In this document: positions 11,178 through 19,861 of the stretch, piece by piece | Position numbering within the stretch: the stretch's first letter is position 1 | How the letters are laid out: each line of letters begins with the position of its first letter | Assembly: GCA_900320065.1 (NCBI GenBank) | Contig: ONQV01000003.1 | Span: 590 to 64,589, forward strand | Length of the DNA: 64,000 bases | Reading direction: 5' to 3' | Source of the DNA: an uncultured Eubacteriales bacterium | GTDB lineage: Bacteria; Bacillota; Clostridia; Christensenellales; Borkfalkiaceae | Notes under the pieces: generated by a model | Seen by the model: the letters and a program-made list of their open reading frames with translations, nothing else | What the model was told of the DNA's origin: nothing | The model's database searches: none | Translations under genes and position numbers: made by a program

Positions 11178-12359
11178 TCAGTGATGGAAAAGGCGCATAC
11201 CCGTAAACGCCATTACCATACCGTGCTTGTTCGCCGCGTCTATCACAAGGTCGTCGCGGACGCTGCCGCCCGGTTCCGCGACGTATTTTACGCCGCTCTT
11301 CGCCGCGCGCTCTATGTTGTCCGAGAACGGGAAGAACGCGTCGGACGCAAGCGTTACGTCCTTTACCGTCTTAAGGTAAGCGTCCTTTTCTTCGCGGGTA
11401 AAGGGCTCGGGTTTTACCGCAAAATATTTCCGCCAGTCGGCGAGAAGGTCGGGATAATCGGCGTCCGACAGATACAGGTCGATAATGTTGTTCTTATCGG
11501 GTCTGCCTATGCCGTCCGCAAACTTCAACGAAAGCACTCTTTCGCTCTGCCTTAAATTCCAAAGGTCGGCTTTGCTTGCCGCAAGGCGGGTGCAGTGAAT
11601 TCTCGATTGCTGCCCCGCGCCGACGCCTATCGCCTGCCCGTCCGCCGCGAAACACACCGAATTCGACTGCGTGTATTTAAGAGTTATGAGCGCGATTATC
11701 ATATCCTTTATTTTGTCTTCGGGAAGGGTTTTGTTTTCGGTAACGATATTCGTCAGAAGTTCTTTATTTATCTTAAACTCGTTTCTACCCTGCTCGAAAG
11801 TGATGCCGAATACCTGCTTATGCTCTATCGGGTCGGGTTTATACGACGGGTCGATTTTTATAATATTGTAAGCGCCCTTGCGTTTTGCTTTTAACACTTC
11901 CAAAGCGTCTTTGCTATACGACGGCGCGATTATCCCGTCCGAAACTTCTCTCGAAATGATTTTCGCGGTAGTTAAGTCGCACTCATTAGAGAGCGCTATA
12001 AAGTCGCCGAAAGACGACATCCTGTCCGTACCCCTTGCCCTTGCGTACGCCTGCGCCATAGGCGAATCGTCAAGCCCTTCGATATCGTCCACGAAACACG
12101 CTTTTTTGAGCGTGTCCGAAAGCGGCTTGCCTATCGCCGCGGAAGTCGGCGAAACGTGCTTAAACGAAGTCGCGGCACAATCGCCCGTCGCTTCCTTTAT
12201 TTCTTTTACGAGTTGCCACGCGTTTAAAGCGTCCAGAAAATTGATGTACCCCGGTCTGCCGTTTAATATCTCGACGGGAAGGTCGCGCCCTTCCGTCATA
12301 AATATGCGCGCGGGCTTTTGGTTGGGGTTACAGCCGTATTTAAGGGAATATTCGTTCAT
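11178..12359 (-). CDS. purH: AICAR formyltransferase, stand-alone (PurH C-terminal domain only; no MGS-like IMP cyclohydrolase domain)
   Basis: 393 aa. It starts directly at LKYGCNPNQ...GYINFLDAL (the AICARFT core) and ends FTGMRLFHH. Confidence 0.85.
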   Translation of the reverse strand: MNEYSLKYGCNPNQKPARIFMTEGRDLPVEILNGRPGYINFLDALNAWQLVKEIKEATGDCAATSFKHVSPTSAAIGKPLSDTLKKACFVDDIEGLDDSPMAQAYARARGTDRMSSFGDFIALSNECDLTTAKIISREVSDGIIAPSYSKDALEVLKAKRKGAYNIIKIDPSYKPDPIEHKQVFGITFEQGRNEFKINKELLTNIVTENKTLPEDKIKDMIIALITLKYTQSNSVCFAADGQAIGVGAGQQSRIHCTRLAASKADLWNLRQSERVLSLKFADGIGRPDKNNIIDLYLSDADYPDLLADWRKYFAVKPEPFTREEKDAYLKTVKDVTLASDAFFPFSDNIERAAKSGVKYVAEPGGSVRDDLVIDAANKHGMVMAFTGMRLFHH

Positions 12360-12373
12360 ATCTTTCTCCTTGG

Positions 12374-13093
12374 TTATTTGTTTTTGTTTATGAGTCTGTT
12401 TTCCGCTTTATTCGTTTTTAAGTCAACGTACCTTACGTAAAGCGAAATTTTGTTGTTATTATCGAGCGCGTTCCAGAGTTTATCGGTAAACTCGTCTACA
12501 TCGTTCGGAATTTCCACGCGTTCGGGTTCGCCGCAGAAGGTCGGTATCGGATTCCCGTCGGTGATATAAGTATGTATAAAATGCCCCAACCCGTTTACCG
12601 ACTGATAGGAAAAGGTATAGCGGTTGCAAGCCGTGCCCTTTTCGTCCGCGGACTTTAATATGCTCATTTCGTAATCGAAATCGTTATACGCGAAATTTAT
12701 TATGCCGCTTATTCTCGGCGTAAAGTTCGGTTCGTCGGGTTCAAACTTGCGGATTTTAAGCGCGTCCGAAAAACTCTTCCCTTCTTTAAGCCCGTTATAT
12801 ATAGTGTCCGTCTGGTTGCCGTTGGTAACTATAAGGCTCTTGTTGAACTGCCTTATCGCGGCGTAGATAATTAAACTCGGGTCAACCACCTTTTTTTCGT
12901 CGAAAGGCTCGGTAAAAACTTCGCCGTTTTTCTCGGTAAAAATACGGTTGCGGCTATTTTCGCTTCTGCCCATAATAAAGTAGGCGCAGGCGGCTTTTTC
13001 TCCGTCCTTGCTTTTCCCGATAACTATCCCCCGTCCGACGTAAGGATTGCCCGAAATAAGTTCAGCGATATCGTTTATTTTGTAAACGTTCAT
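12374..13093 (-). CDS. PurO-like (archaeal-type) IMP cyclohydrolase
   Basis: 239 aa. NPYVGRGIVIGKS...YFIMGRSENSRNR resembles the IMP_cyclohyd family. It sits adjacent to the truncated purH. Confidence 0.7.
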   Translation of the reverse strand: MNVYKINDIAELISGNPYVGRGIVIGKSKDGEKAACAYFIMGRSENSRNRIFTEKNGEVFTEPFDEKKVVDPSLIIYAAIRQFNKSLIVTNGNQTDTIYNGLKEGKSFSDALKIRKFEPDEPNFTPRISGIINFAYNDFDYEMSILKSADEKGTACNRYTFSYQSVNGLGHFIHTYITDGNPIPTFCGEPERVEIPNDVDEFTDKLWNALDNNNKISLYVRYVDLKTNKAENRLINKNK

Positions 13094-13704
13094 AATTTTT
13101 CTCCCGTTAAAATTTTTTCACAAACTAATTCGCAAGCCGCGGGCAAAATCTGCCACTCGGCTTCCCGCATTACTCTCTTTTGCAAACTTTCCGGCGTGTC
13201 GGAAGGCAAAACTTCCACTGCCTTTTGCATTATTATTTTGCCGCCGTCGGGAATTTCGTTGACGAAATGCACCGTAGCCCCCGTTACCTTTACCCCGTAA
13301 GAAAGCGCCGCTTCGTGCACTTTAAGCCCGTAATAACCTTTGCCGCAGAAAGACGGGATAAGCGCGGGGTGCACGTTGATTATGCGGTTTTCAAACTCTT
13401 TGGTAAACCGCTCGGAAAGTATGGACATAAACCCCGCGAGCACGATAAGTTCCGCACCCGCGCCCTTTATCGCTTTTATAAGTTCGGTTTCAAACCCGTC
13501 CCCGAAACCCGCTTTCGTTATAACGCGCGTCGGCACTTCGGCGTTCTTTGCGCGAGTTAAGGCGTAGGCGTTTTCGTTATTTGAAACTACGAGCGATATC
13601 TTGCCGCTCTTTAATTTGCCGCTTTTTTCAGCGTCTAAAAGCGCTTGAAGATTAGTTCCGCCGCCCGATACCAAAACGGCGATTTTTACCTTTCTCTCTT
13701 TCAT
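13090..13704 (-). CDS. purN: Phosphoribosylglycinamide formyltransferase
   Basis: 204 aa. VLVSGGGTNLQAL, NVHPALIP and ATVHFV motifs. Confidence 0.93.
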   Translation of the reverse strand: MKERKVKIAVLVSGGGTNLQALLDAEKSGKLKSGKISLVVSNNENAYALTRAKNAEVPTRVITKAGFGDGFETELIKAIKGAGAELIVLAGFMSILSERFTKEFENRIINVHPALIPSFCGKGYYGLKVHEAALSYGVKVTGATVHFVNEIPDGGKIIMQKAVEVLPSDTPESLQKRVMREAEWQILPAACELVCEKILTGEKL

Positions 13705-13709
13705 ATTCC

Positions 13710-14753
13710 TTAATAAAGCACGACGGGGTCGTCGCTGTTTTTAAGTTCGCCCAAAACATAGGCGTTTACGCCGTTATCCCGCAAAACTTTTATAGCGGTA
13801 GCCGCGTCGTTTTCGCCGACTATAACGCTCATACCAACGCCCATATTGAAGGTATTGAACATATCCCTTCTGTCGATATTGCCGCGCTTTTCTATCAAAT
13901 CGAAAATAGGTAACACCTTTACGTCCTTTTCTTTAACGAACACCCCTAACCCACTTTTTATCGAACGCGGCATATTTTCGTAAAAGCCGCCGCCCGTTAT
14001 GTGCGACACTCCCTTTACTTTGACTTTGTCAAACAGCGCGAGCATGGGTTTAACGTAAATTTCCGTCGGAGTAATAAGCGTTTCGCCGAGAGTTTTACCG
14101 TTAAGGCACGCGGGCTTTTCGTTTAAGTCGCAATTTCCCACGTCGAAAACCTTTCTCACAAGCGAAAATCCGTTACTGTGCACGCCGCTTGAAGGCAAGG
14201 CTATCATAACGTCGCCTTCCTCTTGCGTATTTTTATCGATTATTTTATCTTTATCGACGACGCCCACGGAAAAGCCCGCAAGGTCGTATTCGTTTTCGGG
14301 ATAGAACCCCGGCATCTCCGCCGTTTCACCGCCGACGAGTTCACTACCCGCGCGAACGCAGCCTTCCGCCACGCCCCCGACGATATCGGCGATTTTTTCG
14401 GGCACGTTTTTGCCGCACGCGATATAATCGAGAAAGATAAGGGGTTTTGCGCCGCAACAAATAACGTCGTTCACGCACATAGCCACACAGTCTATACCCA
14501 CCGTGTCGTGCTTATTTAAAAGAAAGGCGAGTTTGAGTTTAGTTCCCACGCCGTCCGTTCCCGAAACGAGTACGGGGTTTTTAATACCCGTAAGGTCGAG
14601 CGGGAAGAGCCCGCCGAACCCCCCAAGGTCTTCCTTTCTGCCGCCTATCATAGTACGGGCGACGTGTTTTTTCATAAGTTCCACGGCTTTATATCCCGCG
14701 GTTATATCTACCCCCGCGTCCGCATACGCTTTGGACTTCGATTTTTCGTTCAT
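13710..14753 (-). CDS. purM: Phosphoribosylformylglycinamidine cyclo-ligase (AIR synthetase)
   Basis: 347 aa. YADAGVDI, GTDGVGTK and HSNGFSL motifs. Confidence 0.95.
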   Translation of the reverse strand: MNEKSKSKAYADAGVDITAGYKAVELMKKHVARTMIGGRKEDLGGFGGLFPLDLTGIKNPVLVSGTDGVGTKLKLAFLLNKHDTVGIDCVAMCVNDVICCGAKPLIFLDYIACGKNVPEKIADIVGGVAEGCVRAGSELVGGETAEMPGFYPENEYDLAGFSVGVVDKDKIIDKNTQEEGDVMIALPSSGVHSNGFSLVRKVFDVGNCDLNEKPACLNGKTLGETLITPTEIYVKPMLALFDKVKVKGVSHITGGGFYENMPRSIKSGLGVFVKEKDVKVLPIFDLIEKRGNIDRRDMFNTFNMGVGMSVIVGENDAATAIKVLRDNGVNAYVLGELKNSDDPVVLY

Positions 14754-14773
14754 AACTTTCTCCTATACTCCGT

Positions 14774-16198
14774 TTATTCGACGCCGTTCCAACAATAGGT
14801 GCATAACTTGCACTTATCTATGCCGATCGCTTTGATAAGGTTGTCGAGCGACTGAAATTCCAGCGACGCGAAACCGAATTTGTCGCATATCGCTTTCCTT
14901 AGTTTTTTGCCGCGCTCCGAATTTCCGTCGCTGTATTCCGCAATATGATTAAGCCCTTCTTCCCCTTCGAGTTCCACAATCACTTTGCGGGTAATGAGTT
15001 CCATATCGCTCGTCGCGCGGGAAAAATTAAGGTATTTGCACCCGAACATTATGGGCGGACAAGCCGAACGCATATGCACCGCCTTCGCGCCGTTGGCGTA
15101 TAAAAACTCCACCGTTTCTTTAAGTTGCGTGCCGCGCACGATGGAATCGTCCACGAACAAAAGACTTTTGCCTTCTATAAGTTCGCGCACGGGTACTTGT
15201 TTCATTTTTGCGATCTTATCCCTGTCTTTCTGGATAGAAGGCATAAAACTTCTGGACCAAGTGGGCGTGTATTTTATATATGGTCTGGCAAAAGGAATAC
15301 CGCTTTTGTTGGCGTAGCCTATCGCGTGCGGCGTGCCGCTGTCCGGAACGCCCGCGACGTAATCTATCCCAAGATTGTTTTTGGTTTTTATATCCGTTTC
15401 GGCAAGCAGAACCCCGTTGTCGCAACGCATTATCTCTACGTTTTTGCCTTCGTACGTTGACGTCGGATACCCGTAGTACGTCCATAAGAACGAACAGACG
15501 CGCATCTTTTCGCCCGCGGGGAAAAGTTCTTTAACTCCGTTTGGCGACAGTTCCACCGTTTCGCCCGCGCCGAGTTCCTTATAGTCCGAATAGCCGAGTT
15601 TACGGTAAGAAAAGTTTTCAAACGCGAAACAGAATCCGTCGGCGTCTTTACCGATATGCACGGGAATCCTGCCGAACTTGTCCCTTGCGACGATTATGTC
15701 CCCGTCGCTTTTTAAGACGATTATGGTCGCCGTGCCTTCGATACTGTCCTGCGCGAACTTTACCCCGTCCGCAAAATTGTCTTTCTGGTCGATTAAAGCC
15801 GCGACGAGTTCCGCGGAATTTATTTCCAGTCCCGTAGAAAGTCCGAAATGCCCGCCGTTGTTATTTAAAAACTTTTCCGCAAGTTCTTTGTGATTGTTGA
15901 TAATACCTACCGTACAAACGGCGTACACGCCGAGCCGCGACCGTATCATAAGCGGTTCGGGGTCGCTGTCGCTTATCACGCCTATCGCGGAAGTGCCTTT
16001 CATCTCCCCGAAAACGTGCTCGAACTTTGTCCGAAAGGGTGCGCTGCCGAGATTGTGTATCTTTCTCTGCAACCCCGCTTCACGATCGTAAACCGCGATG
16101 CCGCCGCTTTTCGTACCGAGATGAGAGTGGTAGTCCGTCCCGAAAAACACGTCGCTTAAAATATCTCTTTTGGAAACTACTCCGAAATATGCGCCCAT
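14774..16198 (-). CDS. purF: Amidophosphoribosyltransferase homolog lacking the Ntn cysteine
   Basis: 474 aa. Ntn-amidotransferase-like N-domain plus a PRTase domain (LLFVDDSIVRGTQ). The N-terminus is MGAYFGV instead of MCG..; the first Cys is near residue 95. Confidence 0.8.
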   Translation of the reverse strand: MGAYFGVVSKRDILSDVFFGTDYHSHLGTKSGGIAVYDREAGLQRKIHNLGSAPFRTKFEHVFGEMKGTSAIGVISDSDPEPLMIRSRLGVYAVCTVGIINNHKELAEKFLNNNGGHFGLSTGLEINSAELVAALIDQKDNFADGVKFAQDSIEGTATIIVLKSDGDIIVARDKFGRIPVHIGKDADGFCFAFENFSYRKLGYSDYKELGAGETVELSPNGVKELFPAGEKMRVCSFLWTYYGYPTSTYEGKNVEIMRCDNGVLLAETDIKTKNNLGIDYVAGVPDSGTPHAIGYANKSGIPFARPYIKYTPTWSRSFMPSIQKDRDKIAKMKQVPVRELIEGKSLLFVDDSIVRGTQLKETVEFLYANGAKAVHMRSACPPIMFGCKYLNFSRATSDMELITRKVIVELEGEEGLNHIAEYSDGNSERGKKLRKAICDKFGFASLEFQSLDNLIKAIGIDKCKLCTYCWNGVE

Positions 16199-16214
16199 AA
16201 AATCTCCTTTGGGT

Positions 16215-16931
16215 TTACCGTTTTGCCGAAGTCAAACGCTTCATAACTTCGTTATAAGCGTCTTCGACCCCGCCGAGATCGCGACGGAAACGGTCTTTAT
16301 CGAGTTTTTCGTTAGTCGTTAAGTCCCAAAGCCTGCAAGTGTCGGGCGAAATTTCATCCGCCAAAACGATTTCGCCGCTCGGAAGTCTGCCGAATTCCAA
16401 CTTGAAGTCGACAAGGCGGATATTAAGCCCCTTAAAATACTCTTTAAGAACTTCGTTCACCTTGAACGCCATTTCTTTTATTTTTTCGATCTCCGCTTCG
16501 GTCGCAAGATTAAGGGCGAGCGCGTGATAAGAATTTATAAGCGGATCGCCCAAAGCGTCGTTTTTATACGAAAACTCTATCGTAGGATTTTTAAAGACTA
16601 TACCTTCTTCCACGCCGTAACGCTTTGCGAACGAACCTGCGGAAACGTTTCTTATTATAACTTCCAAGGGAACTATCGAAACCTTTTTAACGAGCGTATC
16701 CCTGTCCGAGAGTTCTTTTACGAAATGTGTTTTTACCCCCTTCGTTTCGAGAAGTTGCATCATCATATTACTCATTTTGTTGTTTATTACGCCCTTGCCG
16801 ACTATCGTGCCCTTTTTAAGTCCGTTGAACGCCGTCGCGTCGTCTTTATACGAAACTATATACAGATTTTCGTCGTCGGTCTTATAGACTTTTTTTGCTT
16901 TGCCTTCGTAAAGTTGTTCGAGTTTTTCCAT
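16215..16931 (-). CDS. purC: SAICAR synthetase
   Basis: 238 aa. [11 protein letters not shown]-terminus and [14 protein letters not shown]. Confidence 0.95.
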   Translation of the reverse strand: MEKLEQLYEGKAKKVYKTDDENLYIVSYKDDATAFNGLKKGTIVGKGVINNKMSNMMMQLLETKGVKTHFVKELSDRDTLVKKVSIVPLEVIIRNVSAGSFAKRYGVEEGIVFKNPTIEFSYKNDALGDPLINSYHALALNLATEAEIEKIKEMAFKVNEVLKEYFKGLNIRLVDFKLEFGRLPSGEIVLADEISPDTCRLWDLTTNEKLDKDRFRRDLGGVEDAYNEVMKRLTSAKR

Positions 16932-16946
16932 TTTTATCTCCTTGAC

Positions 16947-17441
16947 TTAAATATTGAATTTTGCCGAAACTTCGGCGTCCGATCTTAAAGTTTTTTCTTC
17001 GCCCGCTTTCCGTAGTTCGTCGAGTTTTGCCGCCAACTTTTCGTCGCCCACCGCGATTATCTCGGCGGCAAGAAGAGCGGCGTTTACCCCGCCGTTTAAA
17101 GCCACCGTCGCCACGGGAATCCCGCTCGGCATCTGCACGGTGGATAAAAGTGCGTCGAGTCCGTCCATCGCCCCGCCCTTGCACGGAATACCTATAACGG
17201 GAAGAGTGGTTCTTGCGGCGATAGCCCCCGCAAGATGCGCCGCCATACCCGCGGCGGCGATTATCGCCCCGAAGCCGTTCTTTCTCGCTAATTCGGAAAA
17301 TTCCGCCGCCGCATTTGCGGTGCGGTGAGCGGAATAAACGTGTACTTCATACGGAATATCAAGGCTTTTAAGCGTTTCGACTGCTTTTTCTATAACGGGA
17401 AGGTCGCTTGCGCTTCCCATTACTATTCCTACTTTTTTCAT
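16947..17441 (-). CDS. purE: N5-CAIR mutase (class I PurE signature)
   Basis: 164 aa. VGIVMGSASD, SAHRT, and the AGMAAHLAG class-I type loop. No purK nearby. Confidence 0.9.
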   Translation of the reverse strand: MKKVGIVMGSASDLPVIEKAVETLKSLDIPYEVHVYSAHRTANAAAEFSELARKNGFGAIIAAAGMAAHLAGAIAARTTLPVIGIPCKGGAMDGLDALLSTVQMPSGIPVATVALNGGVNAALLAAEIIAVGDEKLAAKLDELRKAGEEKTLRSDAEVSAKFNI

Positions 17442-17460
17442 AGATAAACTCTCCTTTCGG

Positions 17461-17510
17461 AAAAAATATAAAAAGGCACTGCTCGCGTTTCGGAAACGAG
17501 TGTGCCCAGA
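17461..17510 (-). terminator. Riboswitch-controlled intrinsic terminator (expression platform)
   Basis: Minus strand GGCACACTCG-TTTCCGAAA-CGCGAGCAGTGCC followed by TTTTTATATTTTTT. Its 5' arm overlaps the CUGGGCAC pseudoknot strand of the aptamer. Confidence 0.8.
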
Positions 17511-17594
17511 CGGTCGGCAAAGGTCAACCCCTTGACCTTTATGATGATTTTTTCTGTTTCCCCGTGGTTATCCACTTTTCCGTCAGTCGCAGAA
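17503..17594 (-). promoter_or_regulatory. ZTP (pfl-motif) riboswitch
   Basis: Minus strand UUCUG-CGACUGACGG-AAAA-GUGGAUAACCAC-GGGGAAA-CAGAA, then a variable hairpin, then GACCGUCUGGGCA. This matches the remembered consensus (GACUGGCG...CCACCGGGGAG...CCGCCUGGGC), with a compensated pseudoknot GACGG:CCGUC. Confidence 0.85.
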
Positions 17595-17621
17595 AAATTT
17601 AAGTTTTTTGCTTACGGATAA

Positions 17622-17650
17622 AGTATAACATTTTACGGCGAATAAGTCAA
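17622..17650 (-). promoter_or_regulatory. pur operon promoter
   Basis: Minus strand TTGACT-17 nt-TATACT with extended TGT. Confidence 0.7.
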
Positions 17651-17725
17651 TCGCGGGAAAGGGGGTAAAACTTATTTTTAGGTTATTTTTATTTTTTTAT
17701 TACGCATAATAAAATAAAACCGAAT

Positions 17726-18415
17726 ATGAATACGAGAAAATTAAACGTTATCTCTTTAATAATAAATCTTACCGTGGTGATAGTTACCGCCTATTCCGTC
17801 GCGCACAATTTCCGAACGGATATCGTCCGCAACCCGCAGACGGTGAACGGCGCTATCCTTACGGACTTCACGGGACTAAAATCTCTCAGATACTTTACCA
17901 CTCTGTCAAACGCGTTCGCCGCGATAGCGTCCGCAATAGTGCTGTTCTTAAATATCCGTAACGTTATAAAAGACCGATATGAATTTCCGAAATGGGCGCT
18001 TATAATAAAGTACGTCGCAACTTGCGCCGTGGCGCTTACCTTTACGACGGTCGCGCTGTTTTTAAGCCCTACGATACTTTCCTACGGCGAAAGTTATTTT
18101 ACCCTTTTCAGCGGAAACGGCTTTTTTATGCACTTTTTGCTTCCCGCCCTTTCTATCCTTAATTTTATATTTTTCGAGAAAAAACCGAAACTCCGTTTCA
18201 CATACGCTTTTTACGCGCTGATACCGACCGTTGCGTACGCCGTGGTTTACGCCGTTATGGTAACGGTGCTTAAAGCGTGGCCGGATTTTTACAGTTTCGC
18301 CCCGACGGGAAACGGCGCGCTTTTGCCCCTTGTCGCCGTTTTTATGTGCGCGCTTTCGTTTTTCGTTTCCGCCTTTTTATTTTTTATCCGTAAAAAAGTC
18401 GGATTAAGAATTTAA
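17726..18415 (+). CDS. Hypothetical ~6-TM membrane protein
   Basis: 229 aa and hydrophobic throughout. The YFTTLSN motif is reminiscent of Pr6Pr/AIG1-like proteins, which is a weak recollection. Confidence 0.6.
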   Translation: MNTRKLNVISLIINLTVVIVTAYSVAHNFRTDIVRNPQTVNGAILTDFTGLKSLRYFTTLSNAFAAIASAIVLFLNIRNVIKDRYEFPKWALIIKYVATCAVALTFTTVALFLSPTILSYGESYFTLFSGNGFFMHFLLPALSILNFIFFEKKPKLRFTYAFYALIPTVAYAVVYAVMVTVLKAWPDFYSFAPTGNGALLPLVAVFMCALSFFVSAFLFFIRKKVGLRI

Positions 18416-18420
18416 AATTT

Positions 18421-18450
18421 CCGCGCCGAAGGCTTTTGCCTTCGGCGCGG
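18421..18450. terminator. Bidirectional terminator (membrane protein / fumC)
   Basis: CCGCGCCGAAGGC-TTTT-GCCTTCGGCGCGG between convergent genes. Confidence 0.75.
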
Positions 18451-18471
18451 AAATAATTAAAACCCTTTTTA

Positions 18472-19845
18472 TTAAATTTCTTTCGCCATTTCTTCGGGAT
18501 GAAAAATCTCGTCGAATTTTTCCGCGGTTAAAAACCCGAGTTTTACGCACGCTTCCTTTAAGGAAATATTTTCTTTATACGCAAGTTTCGCCGTCTTTGC
18601 CGCGTTGTCGTAACCGATATACGGATTAAGGGCGGTAACGAGCATAAGCGAGTTAAATAAATTCGCGCGCATTTTCTCTTTATTCGCCTTTATCCCCGAA
18701 GCGCAGTTTTTATTGAAAGAAACTATCCCTTCCGCAAGCAATTTCGCCGATTGCAAAAAGTTATATATTATGACGGGCATAAACACGTTGAGTTCGAAAT
18801 TCCCCTGCGAAGCCGCCATACTTACCGCCGCGTCGTTAGCCATAACTTGCACGGCGACCATGGTTAGCGCTTCGCATTGAGTAGGATTGACCTTCCCCGG
18901 CATTATAGACGACCCCGGTTCGTTCTCGGGAATAGTTATTTCCCCCAACCCGCAACGGGGTCCCGACGCGAGCCATCGCACGTCGTTCGCTATCTTCATA
19001 AGGTTGGCGGCGAGCGCTTTCATTGCCCCGTGCGCGAACACGAGCGCGTCCTTACTCGTAAGCGCGTGGAATTTGTTAGGTTCGGTAACGAACTTTTTAC
19101 CCGTTAAAACGCTTACGTTTTCCGCGACTTTTTCCGCAAAACCCGCGGGCGCGTTTAGCCCCGTCCCAACCGCCGTACCGCCCAAAGCAAGGCGGGAAAG
19201 TTTGGGAAGAGCGAGCGTCAGCATTTCCTTGGCTTCTATCAGCATCGTTTTCCAGCCGCTTATTTCCTGCGCGAAAGATATGGGAACGGCGTCCTGCAAA
19301 TGCGTTCTGCCGCTTTTTATTATGCCTTTATTTTCCTTTTCGAGCCTATCGAAAGTCGCAACTAACGCGTCTATCGACGGAATAAGTTTATCTTCTATCG
19401 CAAGCACCGCCGCTATGTGCATAGCCGTCGGGAAAGTGTCGTTGGAACTTTGCGACATATTGATATCGTCGTTCGGGTGAAGAAGTTTTTTGCCTGCGAG
19501 TTCGTTGCCGCGGTTTGCTATGACTTCGTTCGCGTTCATATTCGACTGCGTGCCCGAACCGGTCTGCCACACGACGAGCGGGAAGTGGTCGTTCAGTTTT
19601 CCGCTTGCCACTTCGTCCGCCGCGACGGAAATATATTTAAGTTTTTCGTCGGACAGTTTTTTTAGCGAATTGTTAGCCATCGCCGCCGCCTTTTTCAATA
19701 TCCCGAAAGCCGCCGTAATCTCTCTCGGCATAAGTTCGCCGCCGATTTTAAAATTCTCAAAACTTCTCTGCGTCTGCGCGCCCCAGTACCTGTCGGCGGG
19801 CACTTTCATTTCGCCCATAGAATCTTTTTCAATGCGGAAATCCAT
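18472..19845 (-). CDS. fumC: Class II fumarate hydratase
   Basis: 457 aa. [23 protein letters not shown]-terminus (the FumC rather than AspA pattern) and [15 protein letters not shown]. Confidence 0.9.
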   Translation of the reverse strand: MDFRIEKDSMGEMKVPADRYWGAQTQRSFENFKIGGELMPREITAAFGILKKAAAMANNSLKKLSDEKLKYISVAADEVASGKLNDHFPLVVWQTGSGTQSNMNANEVIANRGNELAGKKLLHPNDDINMSQSSNDTFPTAMHIAAVLAIEDKLIPSIDALVATFDRLEKENKGIIKSGRTHLQDAVPISFAQEISGWKTMLIEAKEMLTLALPKLSRLALGGTAVGTGLNAPAGFAEKVAENVSVLTGKKFVTEPNKFHALTSKDALVFAHGAMKALAANLMKIANDVRWLASGPRCGLGEITIPENEPGSSIMPGKVNPTQCEALTMVAVQVMANDAAVSMAASQGNFELNVFMPVIIYNFLQSAKLLAEGIVSFNKNCASGIKANKEKMRANLFNSLMLVTALNPYIGYDNAAKTAKLAYKENISLKEACVKLGFLTAEKFDEIFHPEEMAKEI

Positions 19846-19861
19846 AATTTTTTACGTCCCC

